From IMG/VR virus record IMGVR_UViG_3300021431_000100, positions 1-64,000 of that record: a stretch of 64,000 nt of DNA; one strand, written 5' to 3'. The stretch comes from a virus (lineage: Duplodnaviria > Caudoviricetes). The notes below the pieces were generated by a model. That model did not search any database, was not told where the DNA came from, and worked only from the letters and a program-made list of their open reading frames with translations. Made by a program: the position numbers and the translations under genes. Below, piece after piece: positions 9,341 through 19,136 of this stretch (position 1 is its first letter; every line of letters begins with the position of its first letter).

Positions 9341-12300
9341 ATGTCTGCACTTTCTTTGCAATATAAAGGCTATCGGCTCATGCTCGAAGAAAATTATTTA
9401 GATTATCTTGATTTTGAAAGATTTACTAGATTAGACGACGGAAGAATATATGTTGCTTGCGGGCAACATTATAAACCGTCCGAAGCTTACGAAGCATGTA
9501 TGTTCGCTCCACTAGGATATTGGAAGACCGTCCACGAAGACCCTCTATATCCTGACGATTACCCTTTGGACGTGTTGCAGAGTATTAATAGTGGTACTGC
9601 AACTCAAGAAGAAAAAGACGGTATTTATATAGAGCAAAATGTTCCTGACGGTCAATATGATTACTATTATAACTTTTATGATGTTTGGAAACGATTAAAA
9701 GTTGTTATCAAAGATAAGAAACTCGTCGAACTTAATCAGTTTACGATTGCAGAAGGTTCAGAAGAAATTAAGCAAGGTAATATAGGTATTTTTGCGATTA
9801 ATATGGACGTATTAAATGCGTTTGTTGATAATATACCTACTACTATTTTGGTAGCACAGCAAGACGCTTCTGAATTACCAATTGATTTAATTGTAAAACA
9901 TACTGTTGTTGACAAACCAATTCCTGTAGATTTGTTGGTAACATACGTTTCTGACGTTCCAACATACATTAATGTATCACATCATAATGATATTCCGACT
10001 ACAATTAATGTATATAGACGGGTAGAAGACGATTTACCTACAGATATACTTGTACAGCAGAACGATACAAATGATTTACCTACAGAAGTAACCGTAAAAC
10101 GTTATTTAGAAGACGGTTTCCCAATGGATATGATTGTATGTTGGTCTGTTTGGATTCCTACCGAAGTTTTAGTTCAGCGTGTAGATTATCTCGACATACC
10201 TACTAAGGTTAATATTCAGCGTGTAGAAACTTCTGAAGTACCAACTTCTGTAATTGTTAAACATACAATATATGACACACCATGTCCTGCATTGTCATTT
10301 ATTGTTGTACGGAATAAAGTTGTCGATATACCTACAAATATGTATGTTGTCGCTAATGGTTCATATTCTACAGGCGTATTTAAACCTGTTGAATTGCCAA
10401 TAGAAATAAGTATTGATAAGAAAGAAAAACAAACGGACATTCCTACACGGTTGGCAGTATTGAATGATGACCATTCTGATTTGCCTATTCGTTTGTTAGT
10501 TACCGAATACGGTATTTCTATGGAAACCATTCACGATATGGATGTTGGCGAAATAACAAAACATAGTGAAATTCCTACTACAGTTACAGTTGCAAATTAT
10601 ACTCATACTGAGGGATTACAACTTGATATATATGTAATTAACAAAGTTATCTTTGAAGCTGTTGCTGACGGTATTGTAACCGCAGTTAGTGATTTACCAA
10701 CAACTGTTGAAATTATCCAAACTGCTATTAACGAAATGCCTATCAATTTGTTAGTTCAGAGAGAAGCTAACTTTGAAACTATTGTTCGACAATTATCTGT
10801 TGATGAATATAGTGATTTACCAACTACATTGTCAGTTGTTAATAATGACGTTAACGAATTGGCTGTTACATTGGTAGTTGATAGAGTTGCCGTAATAAAA
10901 ACTATCCATAATTTGGATTATAGATATTATGATAACGAAACACAATTCCCTGTAACACTTCTTGTTGGTAGTGCATATATTTGTGAGGATAAACCTATTT
11001 ATATGAATGTTGTAGCTAAATCTACAGCATTTGAAACTAAGGTAGGGCGGTTCGCACAGCAAGGTAAACCAAGTTCCGTTAAGACTACTCTTACTGTTGT
11101 ACAACACGTTAATACAGAAGGTATTCCTGTTACAATGAATGTTATTCATAAGCCTTTCCTTTTGAAAGCGATAACAGATTTCACACATCGTGTTGAAATT
11201 GACGTACCTACTACATTGCATGTTGTATATAGCAAGAAGTCTGAAATCCCTGTAACAATGTATGTAAATCCATTAGGACATTTGAATGCAGTTGCAACAA
11301 TTACAAATTATATCAATAATGATTTGTTTACATTCGTAGCAGTTCCTATTATTGAAAACCTCTTTGATATTAATTTCTATGTATCTACTGAGGGTATTGC
11401 ACCTGTAATTGAAACTCGTCGTAATCTTGCTCCTAGACAGTTAGCTACTGAAAATATTAAGACTAGAAAAGACTCTTACATGTATAATTTTGCTTTGACA
11501 ATGAACTACGGTAAGAAGCCTCGTCTAAACATAGCAAACTCCAAGAATAAAGATATTATGACTTCTATTATTGGATTTGACCTCACTCCATTGAATATAG
11601 ACATAAAAGATAAGTCGGCTGACTACTTCGATTATGAAACTATTGAGAGTGTAACTATGAACCTTAATATTGAAAGTGCATTAACTCATAGGGGTGTAAT
11701 TAAGGTTTATAGAGTTGACGACAAATGGATTGAAACCAATATCAACTACAAGAATGTTCAAAATCTTGACCGTTATCTTGTAACCGAAGTTCCTGCTCCT
11801 ATGGAAACAGGTAGATTTGAAATCGACATTACAGACGACTTTATGGATTTTGAAAATCAGGAAAATACTTTACAACGTAGTTATCTGTTAACTATGGAAA
11901 CTCGTGGTAAAGATAATTCCATTGTAACAATGTCTTCAATGCAAACTGCTCTTGGTGAAAATGCTAAACCTTCCTTGACGGTTAAGTATTGGCATACTCC
12001 ACCAAATTGTGATTGGATTGATACACCAACTGATTTGGAAGTAAATCCTTGGGATGAAATACCTGTAACTATGTACGTTACTGACCCTGTAATTGAGGAT
12101 TATCCTGAAATTACATTGGAAGTAGCACAAACAGGCATTGACGTTAATATGTTTGATTTGTATGTATGGGTTGTACAATCACATACTTACGAAGATTTAC
12201 CTACAACATTAGAAGTTATTGGTTATCCATGCGATGAAGAGGGCATGAAGCTGAAAGTATTTGTCAACTTTGGTCACACTTCACTAGATATAGATACAAC

Positions 12301-12352
12301 ATTAACTGTTGTTCGTAACCCTGACAAGGAAGCATACGTTTACTTGTTATAA
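9341..12352 (+). CDS. Repeat-rich beta-strand fibre protein with a DNRLRE/CBM96-like domain (frame open upstream to 9227)
   Basis: Dozens of [LIV]P[TV]x[ILV]xV repeats. Segment about 11440-11990 (KDSY..NYG..L....K..I.FDL..I.S..L.L...VY.V...W.E..I.Y.N) resembles DNRLRE/CBM96. No clear RBS at ATG 9341. Confidence 0.55.
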   Translation: MSALSLQYKGYRLMLEENYLDYLDFERFTRLDDGRIYVACGQHYKPSEAYEACMFAPLGYWKTVHEDPLYPDDYPLDVLQSINSGTATQEEKDGIYIEQNVPDGQYDYYYNFYDVWKRLKVVIKDKKLVELNQFTIAEGSEEIKQGNIGIFAINMDVLNAFVDNIPTTILVAQQDASELPIDLIVKHTVVDKPIPVDLLVTYVSDVPTYINVSHHNDIPTTINVYRRVEDDLPTDILVQQNDTNDLPTEVTVKRYLEDGFPMDMIVCWSVWIPTEVLVQRVDYLDIPTKVNIQRVETSEVPTSVIVKHTIYDTPCPALSFIVVRNKVVDIPTNMYVVANGSYSTGVFKPVELPIEISIDKKEKQTDIPTRLAVLNDDHSDLPIRLLVTEYGISMETIHDMDVGEITKHSEIPTTVTVANYTHTEGLQLDIYVINKVIFEAVADGIVTAVSDLPTTVEIIQTAINEMPINLLVQREANFETIVRQLSVDEYSDLPTTLSVVNNDVNELAVTLVVDRVAVIKTIHNLDYRYYDNETQFPVTLLVGSAYICEDKPIYMNVVAKSTAFETKVGRFAQQGKPSSVKTTLTVVQHVNTEGIPVTMNVIHKPFLLKAITDFTHRVEIDVPTTLHVVYSKKSEIPVTMYVNPLGHLNAVATITNYINNDLFTFVAVPIIENLFDINFYVSTEGIAPVIETRRNLAPRQLATENIKTRKDSYMYNFALTMNYGKKPRLNIANSKNKDIMTSIIGFDLTPLNIDIKDKSADYFDYETIESVTMNLNIESALTHRGVIKVYRVDDKWIETNINYKNVQNLDRYLVTEVPAPMETGRFEIDITDDFMDFENQENTLQRSYLLTMETRGKDNSIVTMSSMQTALGENAKPSLTVKYWHTPPNCDWIDTPTDLEVNPWDEIPVTMYVTDPVIEDYPEITLEVAQTGIDVNMFDLYVWVVQSHTYEDLPTTLEVIGYPCDEEGMKLKVFVNFGHTSLDIDTTLTVVRNPDKEAYVYLL

Positions 12353-12356
12353 TATT

Positions 12357-12395
12357 AAAAAGACTATGGAGGTAAATTTCCATAGTCTTTTTTTT
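12357..12395 (+). terminator. Intrinsic (bidirectional) terminator
   Basis: AAAAAGACTATGGA / TCCATAGTCTTTTT. Confidence 0.85.
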
Positions 12396-12461
12396 ACCTG
12401 TTTCAATATAATAAATGTAGAGAAAAATTGTATATTTTAATTGTAAAGGGGGCTGAGAAAT

Positions 12462-12845
12462 TTGAAAAAACGCCTAATTTCAAAAGAAGTTATCGCCAAA
12501 CCTAGACGTGGCAGAAAATCAATTATATTAACAATGAAATACGTTCTTGATATACATGAGGATAATGACGACGAAGCAAAGCGTATCGGCAAAATGTTTA
12601 TTGCATGGATGCGTGACCATTTTTCTAATTGGGATGATACTGTTCTGCAGTATTTTTTGTATGAGAATAATATTCAGCAAAATGCTGAAAATGACCGTCT
12701 TGAATTAGAGGGACACCTTGATAAAATTTTAAAAGACGATTGTACTCATATGGAAGAACGTGAAATTGAAGAAGATAATCTTAATAATCACAACAAAGAC
12801 ACTTCTTCTAGCGAAAGTACAGCAGAACCTGAGATTAAAGAGTAA
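12462..12845 (+). CDS. Hypothetical protein with KRLIS N-terminal motif and acidic tail
   Basis: TTG start with GGGGG RBS, closed by a terminator at 12844-12869. Confidence 0.55.
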   Translation: MKKRLISKEVIAKPRRGRKSIILTMKYVLDIHEDNDDEAKRIGKMFIAWMRDHFSNWDDTVLQYFLYENNIQQNAENDRLELEGHLDKILKDDCTHMEEREIEEDNLNNHNKDTSSSESTAEPEIKE

Positions 12846-12885
12846 AAGACGGCTTAATGCCGTCTTTTTGACGAAAGGAGAAACT

Positions 12886-13782
12886 ATGGACTATATTAAA
12901 AGCCCGTTGAATTATGTAGGTGGAAAATTTAAATTGTTGCCTCAGATAATGCCATTGTTCCCAAAAACGGAGATTTTTGTTGATTTGTTTTGCGGTGGCG
13001 GTAATGTAGGTATTAATAGTGACGCTTCAAATATTTTAATGAATGATAAAGACAGTTTTGTTTACGGGTTGTTATCTTATTTACAAGATACTGATTATGA
13101 AACTGTAATAGAATATATTGAGTTTTTAACAGTGAAATATGGCTTGACACAATCTCATAAATATGGTGTGCAATATTATAAAAAAGGTGTTAAAGACAAT
13201 TTAGGATTAAGTAGATTCAATAAAGAACCTTATTTGAAAATGCGGGCTGATTTCAACAAAAAAATGCTCGAAGACGGTATTGTTGATTATGGTATGTTTT
13301 TTTGCATTATGATGTTTGCATTTAATAATCAGATACGTTTTAATAATAAGGGCGAATATAATATGCCTGTCGGTAAGAGCGATTTTAATAATAGTTTACA
13401 CGAAAAAGTAAAAATATTTTGTGACGCTCTGAAAAACAAAAATATTATACTTTATAATTATGATTTCAGGGACGACAATTTTAGGAGCTTTTCTTCTGAT
13501 ACATTCGTATATTGTGATATTCCATATCTTATTACTGACGCTGTATATAATAAAATGTGGACAGAACAGGATGAACGGGATATGTATAAATATTTAGACA
13601 ATCTTGATTGTAAATGGGCATTGTCTAATGTATTCTCTACTAACGGCAAAACTAATGATATTTTGATTGAATGGGCTAAGAAATATAATGTACACCATTT
13701 AAATCAGAGTTATACCAATAGCAGTTACCACAGAAAGAATACCACAAACGATTCTGACGAAGTTTTAGTATGCAATTATTAG
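12886..13782 (+). CDS. dam: Dam-like (D12 class) N6-adenine DNA methyltransferase
   Basis: KSPLNYVGGK, VDLFCGGG (SAM-binding), FNNKGEYNMPVG and motif IV read as DIPY. RBS AAGGAG before ATG 12886. Confidence 0.88.
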   Translation: MDYIKSPLNYVGGKFKLLPQIMPLFPKTEIFVDLFCGGGNVGINSDASNILMNDKDSFVYGLLSYLQDTDYETVIEYIEFLTVKYGLTQSHKYGVQYYKKGVKDNLGLSRFNKEPYLKMRADFNKKMLEDGIVDYGMFFCIMMFAFNNQIRFNNKGEYNMPVGKSDFNNSLHEKVKIFCDALKNKNIILYNYDFRDDNFRSFSSDTFVYCDIPYLITDAVYNKMWTEQDERDMYKYLDNLDCKWALSNVFSTNGKTNDILIEWAKKYNVHHLNQSYTNSSYHRKNTTNDSDEVLVCNY

Positions 13783-13891
13783 TCATACATACAGTAAGAA
13801 CAAATAAATAAACACAATCACCAATGTATATTTAATATATGATAAGATAGATTATTTTTGAAATTTTAGATATAAAGTTGGTGATTTTTTT

Positions 13892-16090
13892 ATGGCTAAA
13901 AGTAAACCACAAGAGCTTTCTTTGAAAGAACTCTTTAATCAGTTGTCTAAACAGCAAGCGGTTTATGGTAACAAACTAGAACGCTTGTATGATTTATATA
14001 GTGGTGTATTGCCTTTCCCAAAAGATGTAACAAGTTCTAATGATTCCCCAGGACTCTGGCCAGACAATGGGATGAATGTATATGCGATTTTGCCTGAGTA
14101 TAATTTGGCAACAACATTTTGTACTGTAGGTATTCTTTTTAATATTGGTCAAGGCAGATATAAATATCAGATAATGGTTGTTCAGTCTGACGAACTGAAC
14201 CCTGTAAAAAATGGTAAAATGTACTATCGTTATTCCAAAGCTACAAGTAATGATTGGTCACGTTGGCAACGTTTTGTTTATATGTACGAATTGACAGGTG
14301 GTAAAGACGAAAATGGTAATCCACTTCTTGACGATTTTGGTTTACCAATGGTTGACTCCGAGGGTGAAATTCCTTATTTAAATCCTCACAACGCTGATTC
14401 TGCAATTAATAATTTATATGTTGCTAAAGCAGAACGGGCTAAACATTTAGAAACACCTAGAAAAATTGAATTAGTTGGAGCAATCAATGGTTCTGTTATG
14501 TTTGACGGTTCTAAAGACGTGCAATTAAAAACAGATTGTTCCGACGAATTTTTTGTTCCATTGAATGTTCGCATTGACGAAGGTTATCGTACTAATGATG
14601 AATACCATTTGATAGCTACTTTACCTGCAAATGTAGAAGGAAATTATGATTATGTTATGATAACAGGTCATATTGGTGGATATAGCAAAACTCAGGGTAA
14701 GGCTTGGTTTACTGCTTGTATTTCCAATAGTGGCGGTATAATGGCTAACGGTGTATATTTGGGTACTATTGGTACAAATGATATAGTTGTTTATCGTAAT
14801 GTAACTAATCAATTGGAAGTATATCTCAGATTACGTGGTTGGAATGACGACTTAAAATTCAGTGTATACGGAAGCAAACAAGTTGAAATTAACAATGTTG
14901 TTAAATCATTACCAAGAGGTTCTACTTTATGTTGGTCTTTGAAGCAAAACAGCATTCAGTTTGACGGCAAGAATATTTATGGTGAGTTAATAGGCAACGC
15001 TGATACTTCTAGTGTTTCTGATACAACTAAAAACGTCAATGTGGTTTCTCGTACAAAAGTTAAACCTAATTTGTATGCGGTAGGTGTGCTTGAAGAAAAT
15101 GGTACAGAAGTTTTATATACAGATAGAAATATTCAATTTTTACCTAATTCACATATTAAAGCTCCTGTATTTGAGGGTAATCTTACAGGAAATGCTACTA
15201 GTGCCAAAACAGCAGACGTAGCTAGTAAGGTTAATGTTGTTAAAAACACTCAAAATTATAAGAGCTATTTGCTTGGTACTTATACTAATGAAACAATAAC
15301 TAGTTTACCTAGATTTGATACCGATATATATATGAAGGGTATACCAGGTCAGTTGTATGTTAAGGATTTGGAGGCTCCTACTTTAACAAGTTCTACTTCC
15401 ACAATTAATAATTTGACTGTCGAAACTAAATTGTCTATTCCTAAGACTTCTTCATTATATGATATGTCTGACAATACTTTCTTTAATACAATTAAAATGG
15501 GTGCGTCGGGTGATAGCAAAAACGCATTTATTGAAATGAGAAAGGCTCAGTTAAAATTTGGTGACGATACTTATAAAGTAGTATTCAATGTACCAAGTGG
15601 AAGCAATGCAGGTGTATACAAAGAATCGGGTATGGGTGTACTTAATATTTCAGGTGCATTGAAACCTACTCGTGTATATAACGCTATCTACAACGACGTG
15701 GCAGAGTTATTCCCTTGTACTGTTAAACCACAAGCAGGAGACGTATTAATGTTAGACGTTAATGCAGATGAGGAAACCTATGTTCTTTCTACAGAAGGTG
15801 CAAAATATGTAGCAGGTGTCGTCTCTGATTCTTATGGCTACTTACTTGGTGGCGACGAAAAAATGTCTTCTGATGAGTTAGAAGCTAATTTTGCTCCTAT
15901 TGGTTTGGCAGGTCGTGTTAAGGTTAATGTTGTTGGGAAAATTAGCAAGGGCGATAAGTTGGTAGCAACAGATAATGGTTGTGCTAGAGCTTATAATCCT
16001 GAGACGGACGATTTAGACAGCATAATCGGTTATGCTGTTGAAAGTGATAATGAAACTGCAAAACGTAGATTGAAAATGAAAATTAATTAA
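13892..16090 (+). CDS. Tail fibre/spike-like protein with a C-terminal intramolecular-chaperone (peptidase G2-like) domain
   Basis: A.HLETPRKIEL.GAINGSV.FDGSKDV fibre motif. C-terminal DVAELF..GDVL..GVVS..PIGLAGRVKVNVVG..GDKLV pattern. Confidence 0.7.
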   Translation: MAKSKPQELSLKELFNQLSKQQAVYGNKLERLYDLYSGVLPFPKDVTSSNDSPGLWPDNGMNVYAILPEYNLATTFCTVGILFNIGQGRYKYQIMVVQSDELNPVKNGKMYYRYSKATSNDWSRWQRFVYMYELTGGKDENGNPLLDDFGLPMVDSEGEIPYLNPHNADSAINNLYVAKAERAKHLETPRKIELVGAINGSVMFDGSKDVQLKTDCSDEFFVPLNVRIDEGYRTNDEYHLIATLPANVEGNYDYVMITGHIGGYSKTQGKAWFTACISNSGGIMANGVYLGTIGTNDIVVYRNVTNQLEVYLRLRGWNDDLKFSVYGSKQVEINNVVKSLPRGSTLCWSLKQNSIQFDGKNIYGELIGNADTSSVSDTTKNVNVVSRTKVKPNLYAVGVLEENGTEVLYTDRNIQFLPNSHIKAPVFEGNLTGNATSAKTADVASKVNVVKNTQNYKSYLLGTYTNETITSLPRFDTDIYMKGIPGQLYVKDLEAPTLTSSTSTINNLTVETKLSIPKTSSLYDMSDNTFFNTIKMGASGDSKNAFIEMRKAQLKFGDDTYKVVFNVPSGSNAGVYKESGMGVLNISGALKPTRVYNAIYNDVAELFPCTVKPQAGDVLMLDVNADEETYVLSTEGAKYVAGVVSDSYGYLLGGDEKMSSDELEANFAPIGLAGRVKVNVVGKISKGDKLVATDNGCARAYNPETDDLDSIIGYAVESDNETAKRRLKMKIN

Positions 16091-16166
16091 AATTAAGACC
16101 CGATTTACAATAATCGGGTCTTTTTGATATACTAATTATATCAAAGTGTGAAAGGAAAATTTTAAA

Positions 16167-17066
16167 ATGGGTGACAATGCTTCTTTAAGTAAGGCTAGAG
16201 TAAATCAAGAAGATGAATTTTACACAAAAATGTGTGACATTGAAAAAGAATTAAAATATTATACAAAGCATTTTGAAAACAAGGTAGTTTATTGTAATTG
16301 TAATAACGATTGGGAAAGTAATTTCTTTAGTTATTTCTATGACAATTTTCAAACTTTGAAATTAAAGAAACTTATTACTGTATCTTATGGCAAGGACGCT
16401 CATAAGTTTGAATATGATGGCACTATTATTAATAGAACTAAATTGATTAGCATAGGTGAATTCCAAAGTCAGGAATGTAAGGATATTTTAGCTACTGCTG
16501 ACATTATTGTGGATAACCCCCCTTTTTCTCAGTTTAGGTCTTATTTGGCACAACTTGTGGAAAGTGGAAAGAAGTTCTTGATTATTGGTAATCAAAATGC
16601 CATTACATACAAGCAAACTTTCCAATGGTTAAAGGATAATGTTATTTGGCTTGGTGTAAATAATGGTGATATGGAATTTACTGTACCTGATTTTTATGAG
16701 CCAAGAGAAACCCGTTATCGTGAAGAAGACGGAACAAAATACAGAAGTCTTGGCAATATTTGTTGGTTTACTAATATGCAACACTATAAGCGTAATAGCG
16801 ATATAAAACTTTATAAGAATTTTGACAGTAATTATTATCATAACTATGACGAAAGCAATATAATAAATGTGAATAAAGTGGCAGAAATTCCTAAAGATTA
16901 TTATGGATTAATGGGAGTTCCTATTACTTTTATGAACAAATATAATCCTAATCAATTTGAAATCGTCGGTATTGCTAATTCTGCTCGCAGTATCGGTTTA
17001 GATTTACGCACTATTATTGACGGCAAAAAGATTTATAACCGTATAATAATAAAGCGAAAAATATAA
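16167..17066 (+). CDS. EcoRI-family adenine-specific DNA methyltransferase (orphan)
   Basis: DEFYT..DIEKELKYY..F.NKVVYCNC, NPPFS catalytic motif, GVPITFM.KYNP.QFEIVG. Confidence 0.85.
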   Translation: MGDNASLSKARVNQEDEFYTKMCDIEKELKYYTKHFENKVVYCNCNNDWESNFFSYFYDNFQTLKLKKLITVSYGKDAHKFEYDGTIINRTKLISIGEFQSQECKDILATADIIVDNPPFSQFRSYLAQLVESGKKFLIIGNQNAITYKQTFQWLKDNVIWLGVNNGDMEFTVPDFYEPRETRYREEDGTKYRSLGNICWFTNMQHYKRNSDIKLYKNFDSNYYHNYDESNIINVNKVAEIPKDYYGLMGVPITFMNKYNPNQFEIVGIANSARSIGLDLRTIIDGKKIYNRIIIKRKI

Positions 17067-17194
17067 TGTTTTCCTCATTTCTTAAAGGCTGTTGCTACTG
17101 TTGCAACAGTCTTATTTCTTTGTCGGGCAATGTTATTATTTTTTGACGTATTTTTTCTATTAATATATTGTAAGACAATTATGGGGGTGACAGC

Positions 17195-17875
17195 ATGTCT
17201 GAAATTTCAATTATTACAAGTGTAGCAAAACGCTATGAATCTAGTGGCGATTGCGGTACTGTTTCTGACGGTTATGGTGACTTGGGTGGCATTAGTTATG
17301 GTAGTTATCAGCTATCAAGCAATGCAGGTTCAGTACAAAGTTTTTTGAATTTCGCTGTAGATTATCCAAATGATAATCTAGCTAATTATGCAAGAGTATT
17401 AAGTGAATATAGTATTAATTCACAAGAATTTATTGATAAGTGGCGGGAAATTGGTGCAATTGACCCTGTAGGTTTTGGCGAATTGCAAGACGCATATGCA
17501 ATGGAAAGATATTATAATCCTGCTTGCGGTGATTTGGCAAACAATTATTATGACGTTGGGGAAAAGAGCTTGGCGATAAAAGCTTGCGTATTTTCTCGTG
17601 CTATTCAATACGGTTCAGGAAATGTAGTTGAATTATTTACCGAAGCTTGTAGACGTATGGGATATGACAATCTTTCATATGTGAATGACCCACATTTCGA
17701 TTATCATTTGATTGTGAATATATACGACTTCTTAATTGAAGAATGTGATAATGCTTATTATAGTAATGGCTTGTATCATTCTCCTAAAGATTGGTGTAAT
17801 GGTAGTTATGACGTAATTGGTGGATTAAGAAATCGTTTCGTTCATGAGAAAGAAGATTTGTTGGCAATGTTATAA
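17195..17875 (+). CDS. Lysozyme-like peptidoglycan hydrolase (VgrG3 C-terminal-like), putative endolysin
   Basis: YESSG..GTVS.G.GD.GG.SYGSYQLSS motif, followed by FSRAIQYG. Confidence 0.7.
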   Translation: MSEISIITSVAKRYESSGDCGTVSDGYGDLGGISYGSYQLSSNAGSVQSFLNFAVDYPNDNLANYARVLSEYSINSQEFIDKWREIGAIDPVGFGELQDAYAMERYYNPACGDLANNYYDVGEKSLAIKACVFSRAIQYGSGNVVELFTEACRRMGYDNLSYVNDPHFDYHLIVNIYDFLIEECDNAYYSNGLYHSPKDWCNGSYDVIGGLRNRFVHEKEDLLAML

Positions 17876-17966
17876 TAAATGGATAAAATTCCCTTATGAT
17901 TTGTAAATAACCGTAAGGGAATTTTACTATATATGTGCTTTCTAATTACTATTGATGTTGTTAGGC

Positions 17967-17995
17967 TTGACAAATTGAGATAAAAACACTATAAT
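17967..17995 (+). promoter_or_regulatory. Consensus sigma70/sigmaA promoter
   Basis: TTGACA (17967-72), 17-nt spacer, TATAAT (17990-95). Confidence 0.85.
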
Positions 17996-18001
17996 ATAAA
18001 T

Positions 18002-18439
18002 CAGTCGAGCGAAAATCGCAGTAAGACGAAAGGATTTAGTTCTTATGGGTTAACCCAAAGACAAGTTGTTTCTAATTTAAAATTTTAGGTCAAAAGAAGC
18101 GACGAGAAGATTGAAAAAATCAACAAGGCACTTTTATTTGAACAAGGAGAGGTGAGAGAACGCTACAAACGTGTGCCACTTATTAGACTTGAAAAGATAC
18201 AATACCAAAACTTTGCTAATACGTACTTTTATGGTAATGTAAATCCAAGCATTTATTTATATAAATGTTGATATGGTATCAATTTTTGTTGAGAATGTTC
18301 GGCAACGTTCATGTAAATCTCTATAAAATCTACGAAACGTAGTTTGCAAGAAGATTGATTTTAGATAAATTCTAAATTATCCATATTGCAGAAGAAAATT
18401 TCTTCGATTTTGAGTTTTTTAAAGTTTGTAGTGGAAAAG
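18002..18439 (+). ncRNA. Candidate structured ~440-nt leader or ncRNA
   Basis: No ORF of 60 aa or more between the promoter and the 3D-domain gene. Many hairpins: GCGA-AAA-TCGC, TGGGTTAACCCA, GGCAC..GTGCC, GCATTTAT-TT-ATAAATGT, CTACG-AAA-CGTAG, GAAGAAA-A-TTTCTTC. Confidence 0.4.
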
Positions 18440-19030
18440 ATGACTAAAAAAAATATTTTAACAAAACTAGCTAAGAACGTAAAAAGACACCACATGTTGT
18501 GTTGTGCTTTAATTGTAGGTACAGTTATAATGAGTTTTACTGACGAAGATACTCATTATGTAAATGCACAAAATCATGCTGAAATTCAATTGCAAACCGA
18601 ACAGCAATTAAACGACGTAGAAAATCGAGTTGCTGTATTGCACGAACAGCTTGAAGCAACTTCTAAGCAAATTAAGGCTGAAAAAGCCGAAAGAGAACGT
18701 ATTGCAGAAGAAAAACGCAAAGAAAAAGAAATTGCTGATATGAAAGTAAACGCAAGAGAAGTGAGTGTTCAACTTACATATTACACTGCTTCTGCTGATG
18801 AATGTGGTAGTGATAGCGGTATTACAGCTAGTGGAACGGTAGCTACTGCAGGTCGTACTATTGCATGTAACTTTTTGCCAATTGGAACAAGAGTTATGAT
18901 TGACGGAAATGTTTATGTTGTAGAAGACCGTGGTGGAATGTCGGGACATGTTATTGATATATTTGTTAATAGCAAATCAGAAGCATTTGCTTTAGGTCGT
19001 CGTTACACAACTGCATATATATTAGATTAA
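18440..19030 (+). CDS. 3D-domain (RlpA/MltA-like) cell-wall protein with N-terminal membrane anchor and coiled coil
   Basis: LTYYTA..SGITASG....GRTIACNFLPIGTRVMIDGNVYVVEDRGG..IDIF. ATG 18440 preferred over the upstream TTG. Confidence 0.85.
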   Translation: MTKKNILTKLAKNVKRHHMLCCALIVGTVIMSFTDEDTHYVNAQNHAEIQLQTEQQLNDVENRVAVLHEQLEATSKQIKAEKAERERIAEEKRKEKEIADMKVNAREVSVQLTYYTASADECGSDSGITASGTVATAGRTIACNFLPIGTRVMIDGNVYVVEDRGGMSGHVIDIFVNSKSEAFALGRRYTTAYILD

Positions 19031-19136
19031 AAAAAGACGGGATTTAAATCCCGTCTTTTTTGCTGTGTTTTTTATACACAAAAATACAATTTTTGCTATA
19101 ATAATACTGATATGTTTTTGTTGGGAGGAAAAATAA

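Noticed and set aside
12760-12885. N-terminal extension of the Dam ORF given by the ORF track
   Set aside because: It overlaps the previous gene and a terminator, and a good RBS precedes ATG 12886.
18152-18271. 39-codon GTG uORF within the structured leader
   Set aside because: The SD-like AGGAG is only 2 nt from the GTG and the peptide has no recognisable features. It cannot be excluded without ribosome profiling.
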